From contig CALPMT020000008.1 of assembly GCA_943324745.2 (NCBI GenBank), positions 27,715 to 91,714 on the forward strand: a DNA stretch of 64,000 nucleotides, in the 5' to 3' direction. Under the pieces are notes generated by a model. The model worked only from the letters and a program-made list of their open reading frames with translations, ran no database searches and was not told the origin of the DNA. Source of the DNA: Chitinophaga pinensis (GTDB lineage Bacteria > Bacteroidota > Bacteroidia > Flavobacteriales_D > Crocinitomicaceae). Below are positions 24,054-34,626 of the stretch, piece by piece. Every line of letters begins with the position of its first letter. The stretch's first letter is position 1. Made by a program: the position numbers and the translations under genes.

Positions 24054-24976
24054 TGATTAAAATTACAGATCTACTGTCGACAATAGAACATGTGAGATTT
24101 AGTGGTAAAAAATCCGACTCGATAACTGAAATAATTGCAATTAAAGATTTAGCGGGAGTTACTGAAAAAAAAAATTTTTTAACTTGGTGTTCATCAAAAA
24201 ACAGTGAATTATTAAAAAAAATACAATACGGCACAGTAATTTGTGATGTCAATACAGATAACACTAATTTAAATTTCGATTCTTGCAATTATATATTTGT
24301 TGATAATCCAAGAAAAAAATTCAAAGATGTACTTGAACATTTTTTTTATAATGAAAAAATCGAATATATAATCGAAAAGTCAGCAATTATTGACCCTTCT
24401 GCTAAACTTAATGAAAATGTAAAAATTGGGCATAATGTCGTAATTGAAAAAAATGTTGTCATTGGCAAAAACACCCAAATAAATCATAACTCTGTCATTC
24501 TAAAAAATACAATAATAGGTGAAAATGTAAAGATTGGTTGTAATTGTACAATTGGAGGCGATGGTTTCGGGTTTGAAAAAAATGATTTCGGTAATAACGA
24601 ATTCATTCCACATATTGGAAATGTTGTCATTTCAAACTATGTGGAAATAGGTAATAATAACACTATCGATAGGGCTGTTTTAGGCTCTACGACAATTGAA
24701 GAATTTGTTAAAACAGATAATCAAGTGCATATTGGCCATGGTGTAAAAATTGGTAGGAATACCTTAATTGCTGCTAATGCTACTTTTTCAGGAAGTGTTA
24801 AAATGGGGCAAAATGTATGGGTTGCTCCGTCTACTACAATAATAAACGATATTTCAATTGGTGATAATGCATTTTTTGGAATCGGTACAATAGTATTAAA
24901 AAATGTAGAACCAAATAAGATTATTGTTGGGAATCCAGGAAAAGAATTGATTAAAAAAAATGAAACTAATATTTAA
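24053..24976 (+). CDS. LpxD-like hexapeptide-repeat (LbH) N-acyltransferase
   Basis: LpxD-type N-terminal domain followed by many hexapeptide repeats (IGHNVVIEKNVVIGKNTQINHNSVI...); TAATG start/stop overlap with the PIG-L gene. Confidence 0.7.
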   Translation: MIKITDLLSTIEHVRFSGKKSDSITEIIAIKDLAGVTEKKNFLTWCSSKNSELLKKIQYGTVICDVNTDNTNLNFDSCNYIFVDNPRKKFKDVLEHFFYNEKIEYIIEKSAIIDPSAKLNENVKIGHNVVIEKNVVIGKNTQINHNSVILKNTIIGENVKIGCNCTIGGDGFGFEKNDFGNNEFIPHIGNVVISNYVEIGNNNTIDRAVLGSTTIEEFVKTDNQVHIGHGVKIGRNTLIAANATFSGSVKMGQNVWVAPSTTIINDISIGDNAFFGIGTIVLKNVEPNKIIVGNPGKELIKKNETNI

Positions 24977-25943
24977 AATTTTAAGAATTCTCAGTTATAA
25001 TTATAAACCTTTTCGTAAGAAAAATGAATTATTAACGGTGCTATTCCACCAAGTTAACGACAACCCATTAACTTTTTACCCTGCCGTTCCAACAAAAGTA
25101 TACCAAGAAACTTGTTTGTTTTTAGCTAAGTACTATGAAATCATTCACTTCTCTGAGGTAGAACAATACTATGAATCAAATCCCACCAAACCTGCAGCGA
25201 TTATAACATTTGATGATGGCATGTATGACATTGTAGAGCATGTACTACCTTTTATGGAGAAACACCAGTTAAAATTTAACATCAACATAGATACGGAAAT
25301 ATTGGAAACAAAATTACCGCAAGATTTTTTACGCGTATATGATATCTTAAATTCCACTAAAAAAATCTGTTCCTACTTGGATGCTGATTTTATAGAAAAA
25401 CCGATAAAAATTAATTACGACTTACCCATTGAAACCGAAAACGAATTTACAGAAGTCCTATCGAAGTTATCAAATGATAAAAAACGAGTATTCACTATGA
25501 CTATGCAGGAGAAATTAGGCATGAAAACGGAAAACTATTCACGGGTCATTTCTAAGGAAGAACTCGGAGAACTTGCAAATAACAAGCTCATTGAAATAGG
25601 TTCACATTCGCATACACATGCTGTTTTGACGCAAATTCCGACGCAAGAAGTACATTTTGAACTCACACATTCAAAAAAACAATTGGAGAACATCATGAAT
25701 AAAAACATAGAGGTCATTGCATACCCGAATGGTGCTTCAAATACACAAATTGATCAAATGGCAATTAAAAATGGCTATCATTATTTACTGAAAACCGAAG
25801 ATAAACCAACAGTAATTAAGGACAGTTTCAATTTTAAATCTGGAAGTTATTATCGCATCAATCAATACCACCAACATACCGAGCTAGTTTTAGCACATAC
25901 ATTTGGAATTATTGGAAAGATCAAAAATGTAATCAAAAGATAA
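24960..25943 (+). CDS. Polysaccharide deacetylase (NodB homology domain)
   Basis: AAIITFDDGMYD and IEIGSHSHTH motifs. Confidence 0.8.
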   Translation: MKLIFKILRILSYNYKPFRKKNELLTVLFHQVNDNPLTFYPAVPTKVYQETCLFLAKYYEIIHFSEVEQYYESNPTKPAAIITFDDGMYDIVEHVLPFMEKHQLKFNINIDTEILETKLPQDFLRVYDILNSTKKICSYLDADFIEKPIKINYDLPIETENEFTEVLSKLSNDKKRVFTMTMQEKLGMKTENYSRVISKEELGELANNKLIEIGSHSHTHAVLTQIPTQEVHFELTHSKKQLENIMNKNIEVIAYPNGASNTQIDQMAIKNGYHYLLKTEDKPTVIKDSFNFKSGSYYRINQYHQHTELVLAHTFGIIGKIKNVIKR

Positions 25944-25948
25944 AACGT

Positions 25949-26920
25949 ATGGAAAACTATACCATTCATCGCTTAGAACAAGTTGATTTTGATTGCCTCA
26001 TTCCCTTGATGCAAGATTGTTTCGGTATGGAAGTAGATATTTCCTACTTTAAATGGAAATACATCGACAATCCAGATGGTTTTGTAAGAGGATATTATGC
26101 GAAATCCGAATCCGATGAAATTGCGGCATATTATGGTGTGATCCCCCAAATGATTTCCTATTTCGGTGACGATAAATTGATTTATCAATCGTGCGATACC
26201 ATGACTCATTCCAAACATCGTCGCAAAGGATTGTTTCAATTATTAGCAAAACATTGTTACAGTGAACTCGAACAAGAAAATCAATTATTTATCATCGGCT
26301 TTGGAGGGAGTGAATCCACCCCTGGATTTTTAAAATTTGGCTGGAAACACCTCTTTAATTGTAAAAATCTGTTTTACCCTGCTTTTTTTAAAAATTTTAT
26401 CCTAAAAAACAATAGCTATACCATAAGTGATTGCTCCATCCATGATGTAACCGAAATGAAACATTTAATAGAATCGGATACAACGAATAGTATACATACA
26501 AAACGTACAATAGATAAATATGCTTGGCGATTAAAAAATCCCTTACGTGCTTATAAAATGATAACCTTAGCAACAAAACAACAAAATCCGACTTCATTCC
26601 TAGTGTATTATGTAGAAAATAATACCATCCAATTAATTGATCATCATTTCAATACTATTTCGGAAGGAAAGCAACTCCTAAAAAATATATTAACAAATGA
26701 AAAAAGGACACAATACATCAAAGGAATACTAGCATTTTCGCAGGAAAACGGTAATTGGAGCTTATCCTTACAAAAAATTGGTTTTATGTCAAACCCTTTT
26801 TCGAAAGGTCCCTTGTCGTATCGAACTCCTTTTATTACATTTACAAAGGAAGAGGATTACCAAATCGTAAAAAATTATACCTATTGGAATATCAGTCCCT
26901 ATGATCACGATTCACTATAA
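25949..26920 (+). CDS. GNAT-type acyltransferase
   Basis: HSKHRRKGLFQLLAKH resembles the acyl-CoA binding motif A (R-x-x-G); 323 aa, two-domain size. Confidence 0.55.
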   Translation: MENYTIHRLEQVDFDCLIPLMQDCFGMEVDISYFKWKYIDNPDGFVRGYYAKSESDEIAAYYGVIPQMISYFGDDKLIYQSCDTMTHSKHRRKGLFQLLAKHCYSELEQENQLFIIGFGGSESTPGFLKFGWKHLFNCKNLFYPAFFKNFILKNNSYTISDCSIHDVTEMKHLIESDTTNSIHTKRTIDKYAWRLKNPLRAYKMITLATKQQNPTSFLVYYVENNTIQLIDHHFNTISEGKQLLKNILTNEKRTQYIKGILAFSQENGNWSLSLQKIGFMSNPFSKGPLSYRTPFITFTKEEDYQIVKNYTYWNISPYDHDSL

Positions 26921-26926
26921 AAGAAT

Positions 26927-28117
26927 TTAACTATTCTTTTGAATATAATTCACCTTATCTTTTAATAACGAGAATACCCAATTTATCCATTTTGTGATAA
27001 GGATAATGAATCCGGTAATGGTAAAAAATGAAAAAGCAATATAACGAGACCAATGTTCTTCGGTATGTCCTGTAGTTATTCGAGAACCAACACTATTCCC
27101 AATTAATACCAAACCGATAATTAATAATACGAGTGCAAGTATTGTTGAAAAGGTAGATTTGAAAAAAGTTACGACAATTCCTGCTATTTTCTCTTTCTCA
27201 ATAGAATTAGACAGGGAAAGCCAAACTGTATTGTGCAAAACAAAGGAACTACTTAACAATATCATTGCAGTGACTGCAAAGGTTTCAGAAACAATAAATC
27301 GATAAATCATCCATTCAGCTACTTTATGGTTTGAAAAATAAAAACCTATCGGTTGAACCATAAGTATTCCTGCAACAAGTAACAAAAATACCGCAGCAGT
27401 ATTAAAAATAACTTGAGGACGATACAAAAAGGCAGCAGTAAATATTACGCGTAAAAAACGAATCCCGTCTTTCAATACATGCAATTTAGACTCTCCATCT
27501 CTTTCATTATATGGCATATCGATCTCTGCGATTGTTACATTTTCATTCATCAGAGCCTTTGCACTCATTGCAGGTGTAAAATGTAACCCGTCCGGTAAAG
27601 GATATAGTTTAACTAAACTTGACCTACGTACAACACGCATTCCACTCGCTGTATCTTTTACTTTAGCGGAAGATAAAAAGGTCAATAGCGTAGCAAACAT
27701 AAAATTACCTACTCTACGAATCAATGGCATTTTAGATTCCTTATTGAGACGACAACCTAAAACTACATCCGCATTTTCAGTTTTTAATAGATTACATAAA
27801 TTTTCAAAAAACAAGGGGTCACAAGTTCCATCAGCATCTAAAAACGCAACTAACTCTCCTTTAGACTCATTCCATCCTTGTTTGATAGCCGCACCATACC
27901 CTTTATTTTTTTCAAAAATGATTAAATTAATTTTTGGTAAATAACTTTGTGCGATCTTTACGGTATTATCTGTAGAACCATCACTTACTACTGTGATTTC
28001 AACTTCTGAAACATCTGTATTTGAAATAATTATAGGAGTTGCAGCTAAAGTTCTTTCAATAATCGAAGCAATACTGTCTTCTTCGTTGAGAGCAGGTATA
28101 ACAATGGATAGTATCAT
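26927..28117 (-). CDS. GT2 polyprenyl-phosphate glycosyltransferase (DPM1/ArnC-like) with a C-terminal multi-TM domain
   Basis: ILSIVIPALNEEDSI...VVSDGSTDNT...NKGYGAAIKQG...FLDADG; four hydrophobic segments in the last 170 aa. Confidence 0.75.
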   Translation of the reverse strand: MILSIVIPALNEEDSIASIIERTLAATPIIISNTDVSEVEITVVSDGSTDNTVKIAQSYLPKINLIIFEKNKGYGAAIKQGWNESKGELVAFLDADGTCDPLFFENLCNLLKTENADVVLGCRLNKESKMPLIRRVGNFMFATLLTFLSSAKVKDTASGMRVVRRSSLVKLYPLPDGLHFTPAMSAKALMNENVTIAEIDMPYNERDGESKLHVLKDGIRFLRVIFTAAFLYRPQVIFNTAAVFLLLVAGILMVQPIGFYFSNHKVAEWMIYRFIVSETFAVTAMILLSSSFVLHNTVWLSLSNSIEKEKIAGIVVTFFKSTFSTILALVLLIIGLVLIGNSVGSRITTGHTEEHWSRYIAFSFFTITGFIILITKWINWVFSLLKDKVNYIQKNS

Positions 28118-28218
28118 AAATCAAATTCGGTAAAAACAATATGTATTGTAAAATTAGTATATTTTCATGTTATTTGAATAATCGAAAACAAATAACTGCA
28201 TGTTATTGTAATAATAAT

Positions 28219-28226
28219 TAATTTTG
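28219..28226 (+). promoter_or_regulatory. Bacteroidota -7 box candidate (TAATTTTG)
   Basis: TAnnTTTG match 22 nt upstream of ATG 28248. Confidence 0.4.
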
Positions 28227-28247
28227 TGAATTGAAACAATCCAAAAT

Positions 28248-30197
28248 ATGGCTGTACTACTGTTGTTTTTTATTCTTAATTTATTCATTACAGTACACTC
28301 CGAAAAAAAAGATCTTTTATATTCTTTTATTACTACAATCCTCTATTTCTCTTGTACCGTATTAATTTCTAATGAATTACTAAGTGTTTTTCATGCAATA
28401 AACGTATATTCTATTTCAACACTTTGGATTGGATTAAACCTTCTTCTTGTTTTCATGAACATGAAAAACAATAAAATAAATAGTTCGAATGTACAATGGA
28501 TACTAAAAGAAAAATGGATGAATTTCCAAATAGGCTTTCGTATCCTTTTAATATTAACTGTCCTTATTTTTATTTTGCTTTTCGTTCAGGGTGTAATTTA
28601 CCCACCAAACAACTGGGATTCTATGGCCTATCATATGCCTAGAATTTCAGAATGGATAGCGCATGGTTCATTTAATAATTTTCAAACGCATATTCTCCGT
28701 CAATTATATCAGCCGTGTTTTTCAGAGTATGTAATGATGCAACTTCAAATTCTAACTGGTTCCGATGTATTTAATAATTCTGCACAATTATTCTTTCATC
28801 TTTTTGCTGCTATTACTGCCTATGCAATTTGTAAAGAACTTGGATTTTCAAAAAAACAACAGGTTTTTGCTTTCATTTTAACTTTTTTACTCCCTGAAGG
28901 TCTACTAGAAGCAACAAGCACACAAAACGACATTTTTCATGGGTTCTTTTTATTAACTACCATATATTTTACGGTAAAAATAATTAAAGAAAATAACACT
29001 AAAGATTATCTATTTCTTGGAATATCGGTTGGACTTGCATTTTTATCGAAAGCAATTGCCTTCCTCTACTTTCCTATAACAGGAGCATTTATTGCATCTT
29101 ACATTATTTACAAATACGTTCAAACCAAAAAAAATCAATATATCACAAATGCACTACTTACACTTTCCGTAATAGTAATCATTAACGCCCCGCATTCCTT
29201 TCGGAATTTTGATTTTAGTGGCGATATAAGAGGAACCTCCAAAGAGGAAAGTAAAGATTATATAAACGAAGAAGTTACGTTTTCAAATACGATTTCTATT
29301 GCAGTCAAAAACATTGGATTACATCTAGATCCATTATTTATTGGTAATACTGGCAATATTTTGATTGAAAAATTTCATGTAATAACCGGAATAGATATTA
29401 ATAAAAAAGGAACAAATGTCTTTGATTCAAAATTTACGTGTAATCCAGGATGGAAAAACCACGAAGATACACAACCAAATTTTCTGCATTTATTGCTTAT
29501 CATTGGTTCCATAGGACTAATCATAGGGATGTTAATGAAAAAAGATAAATTTAAGACGGATAAATTAGTTATTGTACTTCTGGTTCATACGATGCTACAA
29601 TTTATTTTATTTTGTGCTTTACTCTCATGGGAACCTTGGAACACCCGTTTACATATACCTCTTTTTTACGCTATAGTACCTGTTATCGTGATAGGTTTCC
29701 AGTTCAAATTCTTTTCGAAAATCTACACTGGAATTATTTTTCTATTATTTATACAAGCTTTCTATATCATAGTAACGAATTATTCACGTGAATTCATTCA
29801 CATCGACAAACAAAACTCTGAAATAGGCATTACCGAAAATCGTTACAAAAAATATTTTACAAATCAACCTCAATTATATACTGAATACAACTATTTGACA
29901 GAACAATTACGTAGAAACAAAATACATAAAATCGGATTAATTATACATAATGATTCTTGGGAGTATCCGCTTTATACAAAATTAAATATGTTTGAGATTC
30001 AACCAGTTCATTTATTTGTTGAAAACTATACTAAATCAATCGCTCCAGCCAAAATCAAGCCTGAATGTATTATCAGCAACACAAAAAATCACACATCAAT
30101 TAATTACAAGAAAAAAGAGTATGTAAATAGTACTCCAACAAATCAATTCATTTGGCTTTACTTACCAAAAAATCAATCGAATAAAATAAAATGTTAA
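28248..30197 (+). CDS. Polytopic membrane protein, GT-C (ArnT/PMT-like) glycosyltransferase candidate
   Basis: 649 aa with more than 10 hydrophobic segments; first loop YPPNNWDSMAYHMPRISEW carries acidic residues as in GT-C enzymes. Confidence 0.5.
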   Translation: MAVLLLFFILNLFITVHSEKKDLLYSFITTILYFSCTVLISNELLSVFHAINVYSISTLWIGLNLLLVFMNMKNNKINSSNVQWILKEKWMNFQIGFRILLILTVLIFILLFVQGVIYPPNNWDSMAYHMPRISEWIAHGSFNNFQTHILRQLYQPCFSEYVMMQLQILTGSDVFNNSAQLFFHLFAAITAYAICKELGFSKKQQVFAFILTFLLPEGLLEATSTQNDIFHGFFLLTTIYFTVKIIKENNTKDYLFLGISVGLAFLSKAIAFLYFPITGAFIASYIIYKYVQTKKNQYITNALLTLSVIVIINAPHSFRNFDFSGDIRGTSKEESKDYINEEVTFSNTISIAVKNIGLHLDPLFIGNTGNILIEKFHVITGIDINKKGTNVFDSKFTCNPGWKNHEDTQPNFLHLLLIIGSIGLIIGMLMKKDKFKTDKLVIVLLVHTMLQFILFCALLSWEPWNTRLHIPLFYAIVPVIVIGFQFKFFSKIYTGIIFLLFIQAFYIIVTNYSREFIHIDKQNSEIGITENRYKKYFTNQPQLYTEYNYLTEQLRRNKIHKIGLIIHNDSWEYPLYTKLNMFEIQPVHLFVENYTKSIAPAKIKPECIISNTKNHTSINYKKKEYVNSTPTNQFIWLYLPKNQSNKIKC

Positions 30198-31099
30198 CCA
30201 AACCATTTTTCTCAATCGTAATACCTACGTACAACCGATGTGAATTGGTGAAAAAATGCATTTTATCTATACAAGATCAAACATTTAAAGACTGGGAATG
30301 TATCGTAATTAATGATGGATCGACAGACAATACACACACTGAAATCGCAGATTTTATAAAAAGTGATGCAAGAATTACATTAATAAATCAACTAAATTCA
30401 GAACGTGCAATTTCGAGAAACAATGGGGCAAAAATAGCAAAAGGGGAATATTTTATATTTATTGATAGCGACGACTCTTTTGAAAAAGAACATCTGCAAA
30501 ATTTACACATATCCATACAAGCAGAAGATCAAATCCATGAGATGTATTTCACGAATGGCAAGTATTTAAGAGCTAATAATACACAAGAACTCATCATTAA
30601 AGATACAATACCATCTCCAATTCCAATTGATTTTTTTCTTTCAAACTCCGTTGTTCCAGCTAGAGTATGTTTACACCATTCCATATTCAACACCCATTCA
30701 TTTGACCCAAGAACAATTATAGTGGAAGACACAGTACTTTGGACTGAAATACTGGATAACCATCGCGTAAAATACCTCCCAGTAACAAGTGTCATGTATC
30801 ACCTTCATGAAAACAACTCCGTAAATATTGAAAAACACAATGCGTATTTACAACGATTAAATGGGCTAAAGGTTTTATTCTACAAAAAAAATGTAGGAGA
30901 TAAAATACCAAACGCTACAAAACGAAAACATTTAAACAGATGTTATTTTGGCATTTCTGATTATTATGCCTTTCAAGACAAAAAAATAAAATCAATCTAC
31001 TGGATTTTAAAATCAATCATTCTATTCCCTGAATTAGACTTAAAACACAAGTTTGTTAGCTTGCTTTTTTTACTTAAATTTGTAAAAAGTAAACCATAA
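30191..31099 (+). CDS. Glycosyltransferase family 2
   Basis: FFSIVIPTYNR...VINDGSTDNT...FIDSDD. Confidence 0.85.
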   Translation: MLTKPFFSIVIPTYNRCELVKKCILSIQDQTFKDWECIVINDGSTDNTHTEIADFIKSDARITLINQLNSERAISRNNGAKIAKGEYFIFIDSDDSFEKEHLQNLHISIQAEDQIHEMYFTNGKYLRANNTQELIIKDTIPSPIPIDFFLSNSVVPARVCLHHSIFNTHSFDPRTIIVEDTVLWTEILDNHRVKYLPVTSVMYHLHENNSVNIEKHNAYLQRLNGLKVLFYKKNVGDKIPNATKRKHLNRCYFGISDYYAFQDKKIKSIYWILKSIILFPELDLKHKFVSLLFLLKFVKSKP

Positions 31100-31120
31100 A
31101 GAATTCGAAATTCATACCTA

Positions 31121-31891
31121 ATGATTAAAATCTTAAAAAAAGCTTTTTGGTTTCCTTTTTCTTCTAAAATTCAAATAGAAAAATACCAAAAAGAAATTCG
31201 TGATATTGAATGGGATTCTTTCAAACAATACATTACCCCTAACGTATCTTTTTTAGATGTAGGATGTGGCTCGGGGGATAACATGAATCGTGCGAATCAA
31301 GAATTAGGTTGCAAAGTTAAAGGAATTGATCCATCTCCAGGAAGTCATGGTGTAGGTAGATTTTCAACTGAAATGACTGCTTATCCAAACATAGTAAAAG
31401 GCAGTGCAGAACATATCCCTTTTAAAGACAAAGAATTTGATGTCGTATTTTGTTCACACGTACTTGAACATGTAGAAAGTGAATCGAAAAGTCTTAGTGA
31501 AATAAATAGAGTATTAAAAGACAATGGAACAATGATTATTGGTATGCCAACAGCATCCATGGCGATTATTGCGGTTTTATCACATTACCTATTTACTACG
31601 CATGTAAACTTTTTGTTTTTTCTAAAAAGTATAGGTAAAAAAGAAATGTTAAATAGATTAATACATCTTTTTATACCTGCCTCTCACAGTATGCCTAATC
31701 ACAAATATATTAGCTACGATTTATGGAATTATCGAATTTCAAAATGGAGGAAAATTGTAAGTTCGGAATTTTCAATCGAAGAAACGATAACACCTTGCTT
31801 ATATCCCTACCCTGATTATATTCAATGGTTCCCAAAATTGAAGTTAAGAGGCAACAGTAGTTCAGTCTTTTTTATTTGTAAGAAAAGATGA
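31121..31891 (+). CDS. Class I SAM-dependent methyltransferase
   Basis: FLDVGCGSGDNM motif I and DVVFCSHVLEHV. Confidence 0.7.
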   Translation: MIKILKKAFWFPFSSKIQIEKYQKEIRDIEWDSFKQYITPNVSFLDVGCGSGDNMNRANQELGCKVKGIDPSPGSHGVGRFSTEMTAYPNIVKGSAEHIPFKDKEFDVVFCSHVLEHVESESKSLSEINRVLKDNGTMIIGMPTASMAIIAVLSHYLFTTHVNFLFFLKSIGKKEMLNRLIHLFIPASHSMPNHKYISYDLWNYRISKWRKIVSSEFSIEETITPCLYPYPDYIQWFPKLKLRGNSSSVFFICKKR

Positions 31892-33009
31892 ATTCTGAAT
31901 TACGTATTATACATGTAATTACAAACCTTAAAATGGGTGGAGCAGAAAGATTAACCATTGACATCTGCACAAAATTAGCTGAAAATCCGAATATCAAAGT
32001 TGCGCTAGTTCTACTTGAGAATGAAATTGAATACGAACTACCCGATACATTTCCTATCTACATTTTAAAAAATAAATGTCAATTATCAATAAAAAAAAGG
32101 AACCGATTTGACAATAGTGAATTTGAAAGGATTATACTAGATTTCAAGCCAGAAATAATCCACTCTCATCTATTCGAATCAGAGATCATAAGCCGCTTCA
32201 CCATATACAACAATATTCGTTATTTCACACATATTCACGACAATATTCGTCAATTCAAACCTAAGTTTGATCTTTCAAAAAAGAGAAATATTACGGAACT
32301 TTATGAAAGGAATTGGATTTATAAACGCTATAAGAAAACGAACAATAAATTCATATCGATATCCAAAGATACTACCAATTTCAGTGTAAAATACCTACCA
32401 AATAAAATTGCTGAAAACATTTTTTACTTACCTAATGCCATTGATACCAAAAAATTTATATCTCATACTAAATCCTCAAATGAAAAATTAAAACTACTAT
32501 CCATTGGTAGTCTTGTTCACAAAAAAAATCATCGTTTTTTAATTGAGGTTGTATCCCGATTAATCCAACAAAATCAAGAAGTTGAGCTTATCATTATCGG
32601 GGAAGGTAAATTAAAAGCAGAATTACAAGCACAAATAGATAAACTCAATTTAAACGAACACATTCATTTAATAGGAAATCAAAAAAATATACCGGGCTAT
32701 TTAAATAATTCAGATATTTATGTTCATTCCGCAACCTACGAACCTTTCGGATTAGTTTTATTGGAAGCAATGGCTAGTGGCACTCCTGTTGTCTCTCTAA
32801 ATGGTCAAGGCAACAAAGAGCTAATCACAAATTATGAAAATGGATTTATTTTAGATGAACCAAATGTTGAATCATTCATCGAAAAAATATTGGAATTGCA
32901 CAAAGACCCTAATCTATATGCTCAATTTCAAAAAAACGGGATAGAATTCAGCCAACAATTTGATATAAAGAACTATGCTGTCAAATTAATTAACATTTAT
33001 AAATCTTAA
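31888..33009 (+). CDS. Glycosyltransferase family 4
   Basis: YEPFGLVLLEAMASGTPVVSLNGQGNKELITNYENGFIL. Confidence 0.85.
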   Translation: MNSELRIIHVITNLKMGGAERLTIDICTKLAENPNIKVALVLLENEIEYELPDTFPIYILKNKCQLSIKKRNRFDNSEFERIILDFKPEIIHSHLFESEIISRFTIYNNIRYFTHIHDNIRQFKPKFDLSKKRNITELYERNWIYKRYKKTNNKFISISKDTTNFSVKYLPNKIAENIFYLPNAIDTKKFISHTKSSNEKLKLLSIGSLVHKKNHRFLIEVVSRLIQQNQEVELIIIGEGKLKAELQAQIDKLNLNEHIHLIGNQKNIPGYLNNSDIYVHSATYEPFGLVLLEAMASGTPVVSLNGQGNKELITNYENGFILDEPNVESFIEKILELHKDPNLYAQFQKNGIEFSQQFDIKNYAVKLINIYKS

Positions 33010-34605
33010 TTATTTTAATCTATAAAATAGAATAGGACCATAAAAAGGAAAATATTTCCTTAATACGAGTTTATGAATTTTACTTACTTTTAATTGTTTT
33101 CTTAATTTAATTCGAATACTCTTTGCCATAGGCAATATATAAGGGTCTGTTTCCAATTCATTTATAACGATTAAATCTGCCTTTTTAACTTGATCAACAT
33201 AGTGTGTTAAACATGCTTGAAAAGTCCTACAACTAAAGCGTAAATAAACATCATTCGTTACAAAGGAACCTGTATATGGTATCATTATTTTTCTTTCATT
33301 GTACAATGCAGTGTTGATTGGAATGTCTAACATAGCATCATAACAATTAAACATAGACTTGATGGTATGTTTCTTTAGGTAATTAACGGTAAATCGTTGA
33401 GTTTCGTATTGACTTTCTAACTTGCGTTCAGAATTATTACGTTTTGTATTAATAAATGAAGTGCAACAAAAAACAATTGTAAAAAAACTAATAAAAATTT
33501 GAAGATTTCTCAAATTTTTATTTTTTGTTTTGAAAAAACCAACGGATATAATAGGAATAATCAATATCCCAAAAAATAAAGAAATTGACATAATATGTGG
33601 TGTATTCGTAGAATTCATCACAAACAATACAAAAATACTATAAATCAAATAAGGCGCGAGGAATATACATGCAAACCAAAAAGAAGATAAAAATTTCACT
33701 TCCTTTTCATTTTTAAATAATGAATTTCCAATTATTGCAATAAAAAATAAAACTAAAAATGGAGTTGAATATAACTCCTTTATATTCTGACCATAATAAA
33801 TAAGAGACGCCTCTAAATTTCCAATTGCATAACAAACCGTAGTATAATAACTATAAAAAACTTTAAAATGATAGAAAAAGTTAATCAAAAATATTCCTAT
33901 AATCAAAATACCTATCACCAAAAAATTGCGTAGAATTCTTCTGGTAAACTTAGAATACTCTCGAATGAATAATACTATAAGTGGTAGTGAGAGTAGAAAA
34001 GCATATGCAAAAAAATTAAACCTAAAAGCAAGCGGAAAAAGAAAACTAATAAGTCCTATGGAAAAGAATATTATTTTTTTTGTTTTAAGGAAATGTATTA
34101 ATAATAAATAACCACCTAATAGATATACCGCTCCTATTAATTCTGGTGTATAAGACCCTAAACCTATTCTATAATGATAGAGTAAAGGTAATTGAGACAA
34201 CATTAACAAAATACAATATGCCCACCAATTGGAATATTTCTTTCGTAGGATTAAAAAAAGTGACACATTAAAAATAAACAACCCTAAAAAAGACCTAAGC
34301 AAGAGATCTATGTCATTTTGAAGGAAAGAGGGAGCAAAAAAAGTTAACAATACGGTATACAACCCACCGACTGGATTTCCCTGATATTCATAAATACTTT
34401 GGCTTATTCGGTTTTTTAAACCAAAATCACCTTCAAATTTTTGATACCTTTTTAGTTGTTGAAATTCATACAAAACACCATCATATACAGGAATGTTAGT
34501 ATTATCAAATGACTTACGATTATCAATAGCAGTATGAACGACTACAAAAGATAAACATGCTATTAAAAACAAATAAATGAGGGATGACTTTGATATACTT
34601 GGCAT
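33010..34605 (-). CDS. Polytopic membrane protein (GT-C-like or polymerase-like)
   Basis: 531 aa with more than 10 hydrophobic segments; its stop abuts the stop of the convergent gene (33009/33010). Confidence 0.4.
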   Translation of the reverse strand: MPSISKSSLIYLFLIACLSFVVVHTAIDNRKSFDNTNIPVYDGVLYEFQQLKRYQKFEGDFGLKNRISQSIYEYQGNPVGGLYTVLLTFFAPSFLQNDIDLLLRSFLGLFIFNVSLFLILRKKYSNWWAYCILLMLSQLPLLYHYRIGLGSYTPELIGAVYLLGGYLLLIHFLKTKKIIFFSIGLISFLFPLAFRFNFFAYAFLLSLPLIVLFIREYSKFTRRILRNFLVIGILIIGIFLINFFYHFKVFYSYYTTVCYAIGNLEASLIYYGQNIKELYSTPFLVLFFIAIIGNSLFKNEKEVKFLSSFWFACIFLAPYLIYSIFVLFVMNSTNTPHIMSISLFFGILIIPIISVGFFKTKNKNLRNLQIFISFFTIVFCCTSFINTKRNNSERKLESQYETQRFTVNYLKKHTIKSMFNCYDAMLDIPINTALYNERKIMIPYTGSFVTNDVYLRFSCRTFQACLTHYVDQVKKADLIVINELETDPYILPMAKSIRIKLRKQLKVSKIHKLVLRKYFPFYGPILFYRLK

Positions 34606-34626
34606 ATAAAAGAAAATTGGAATATT

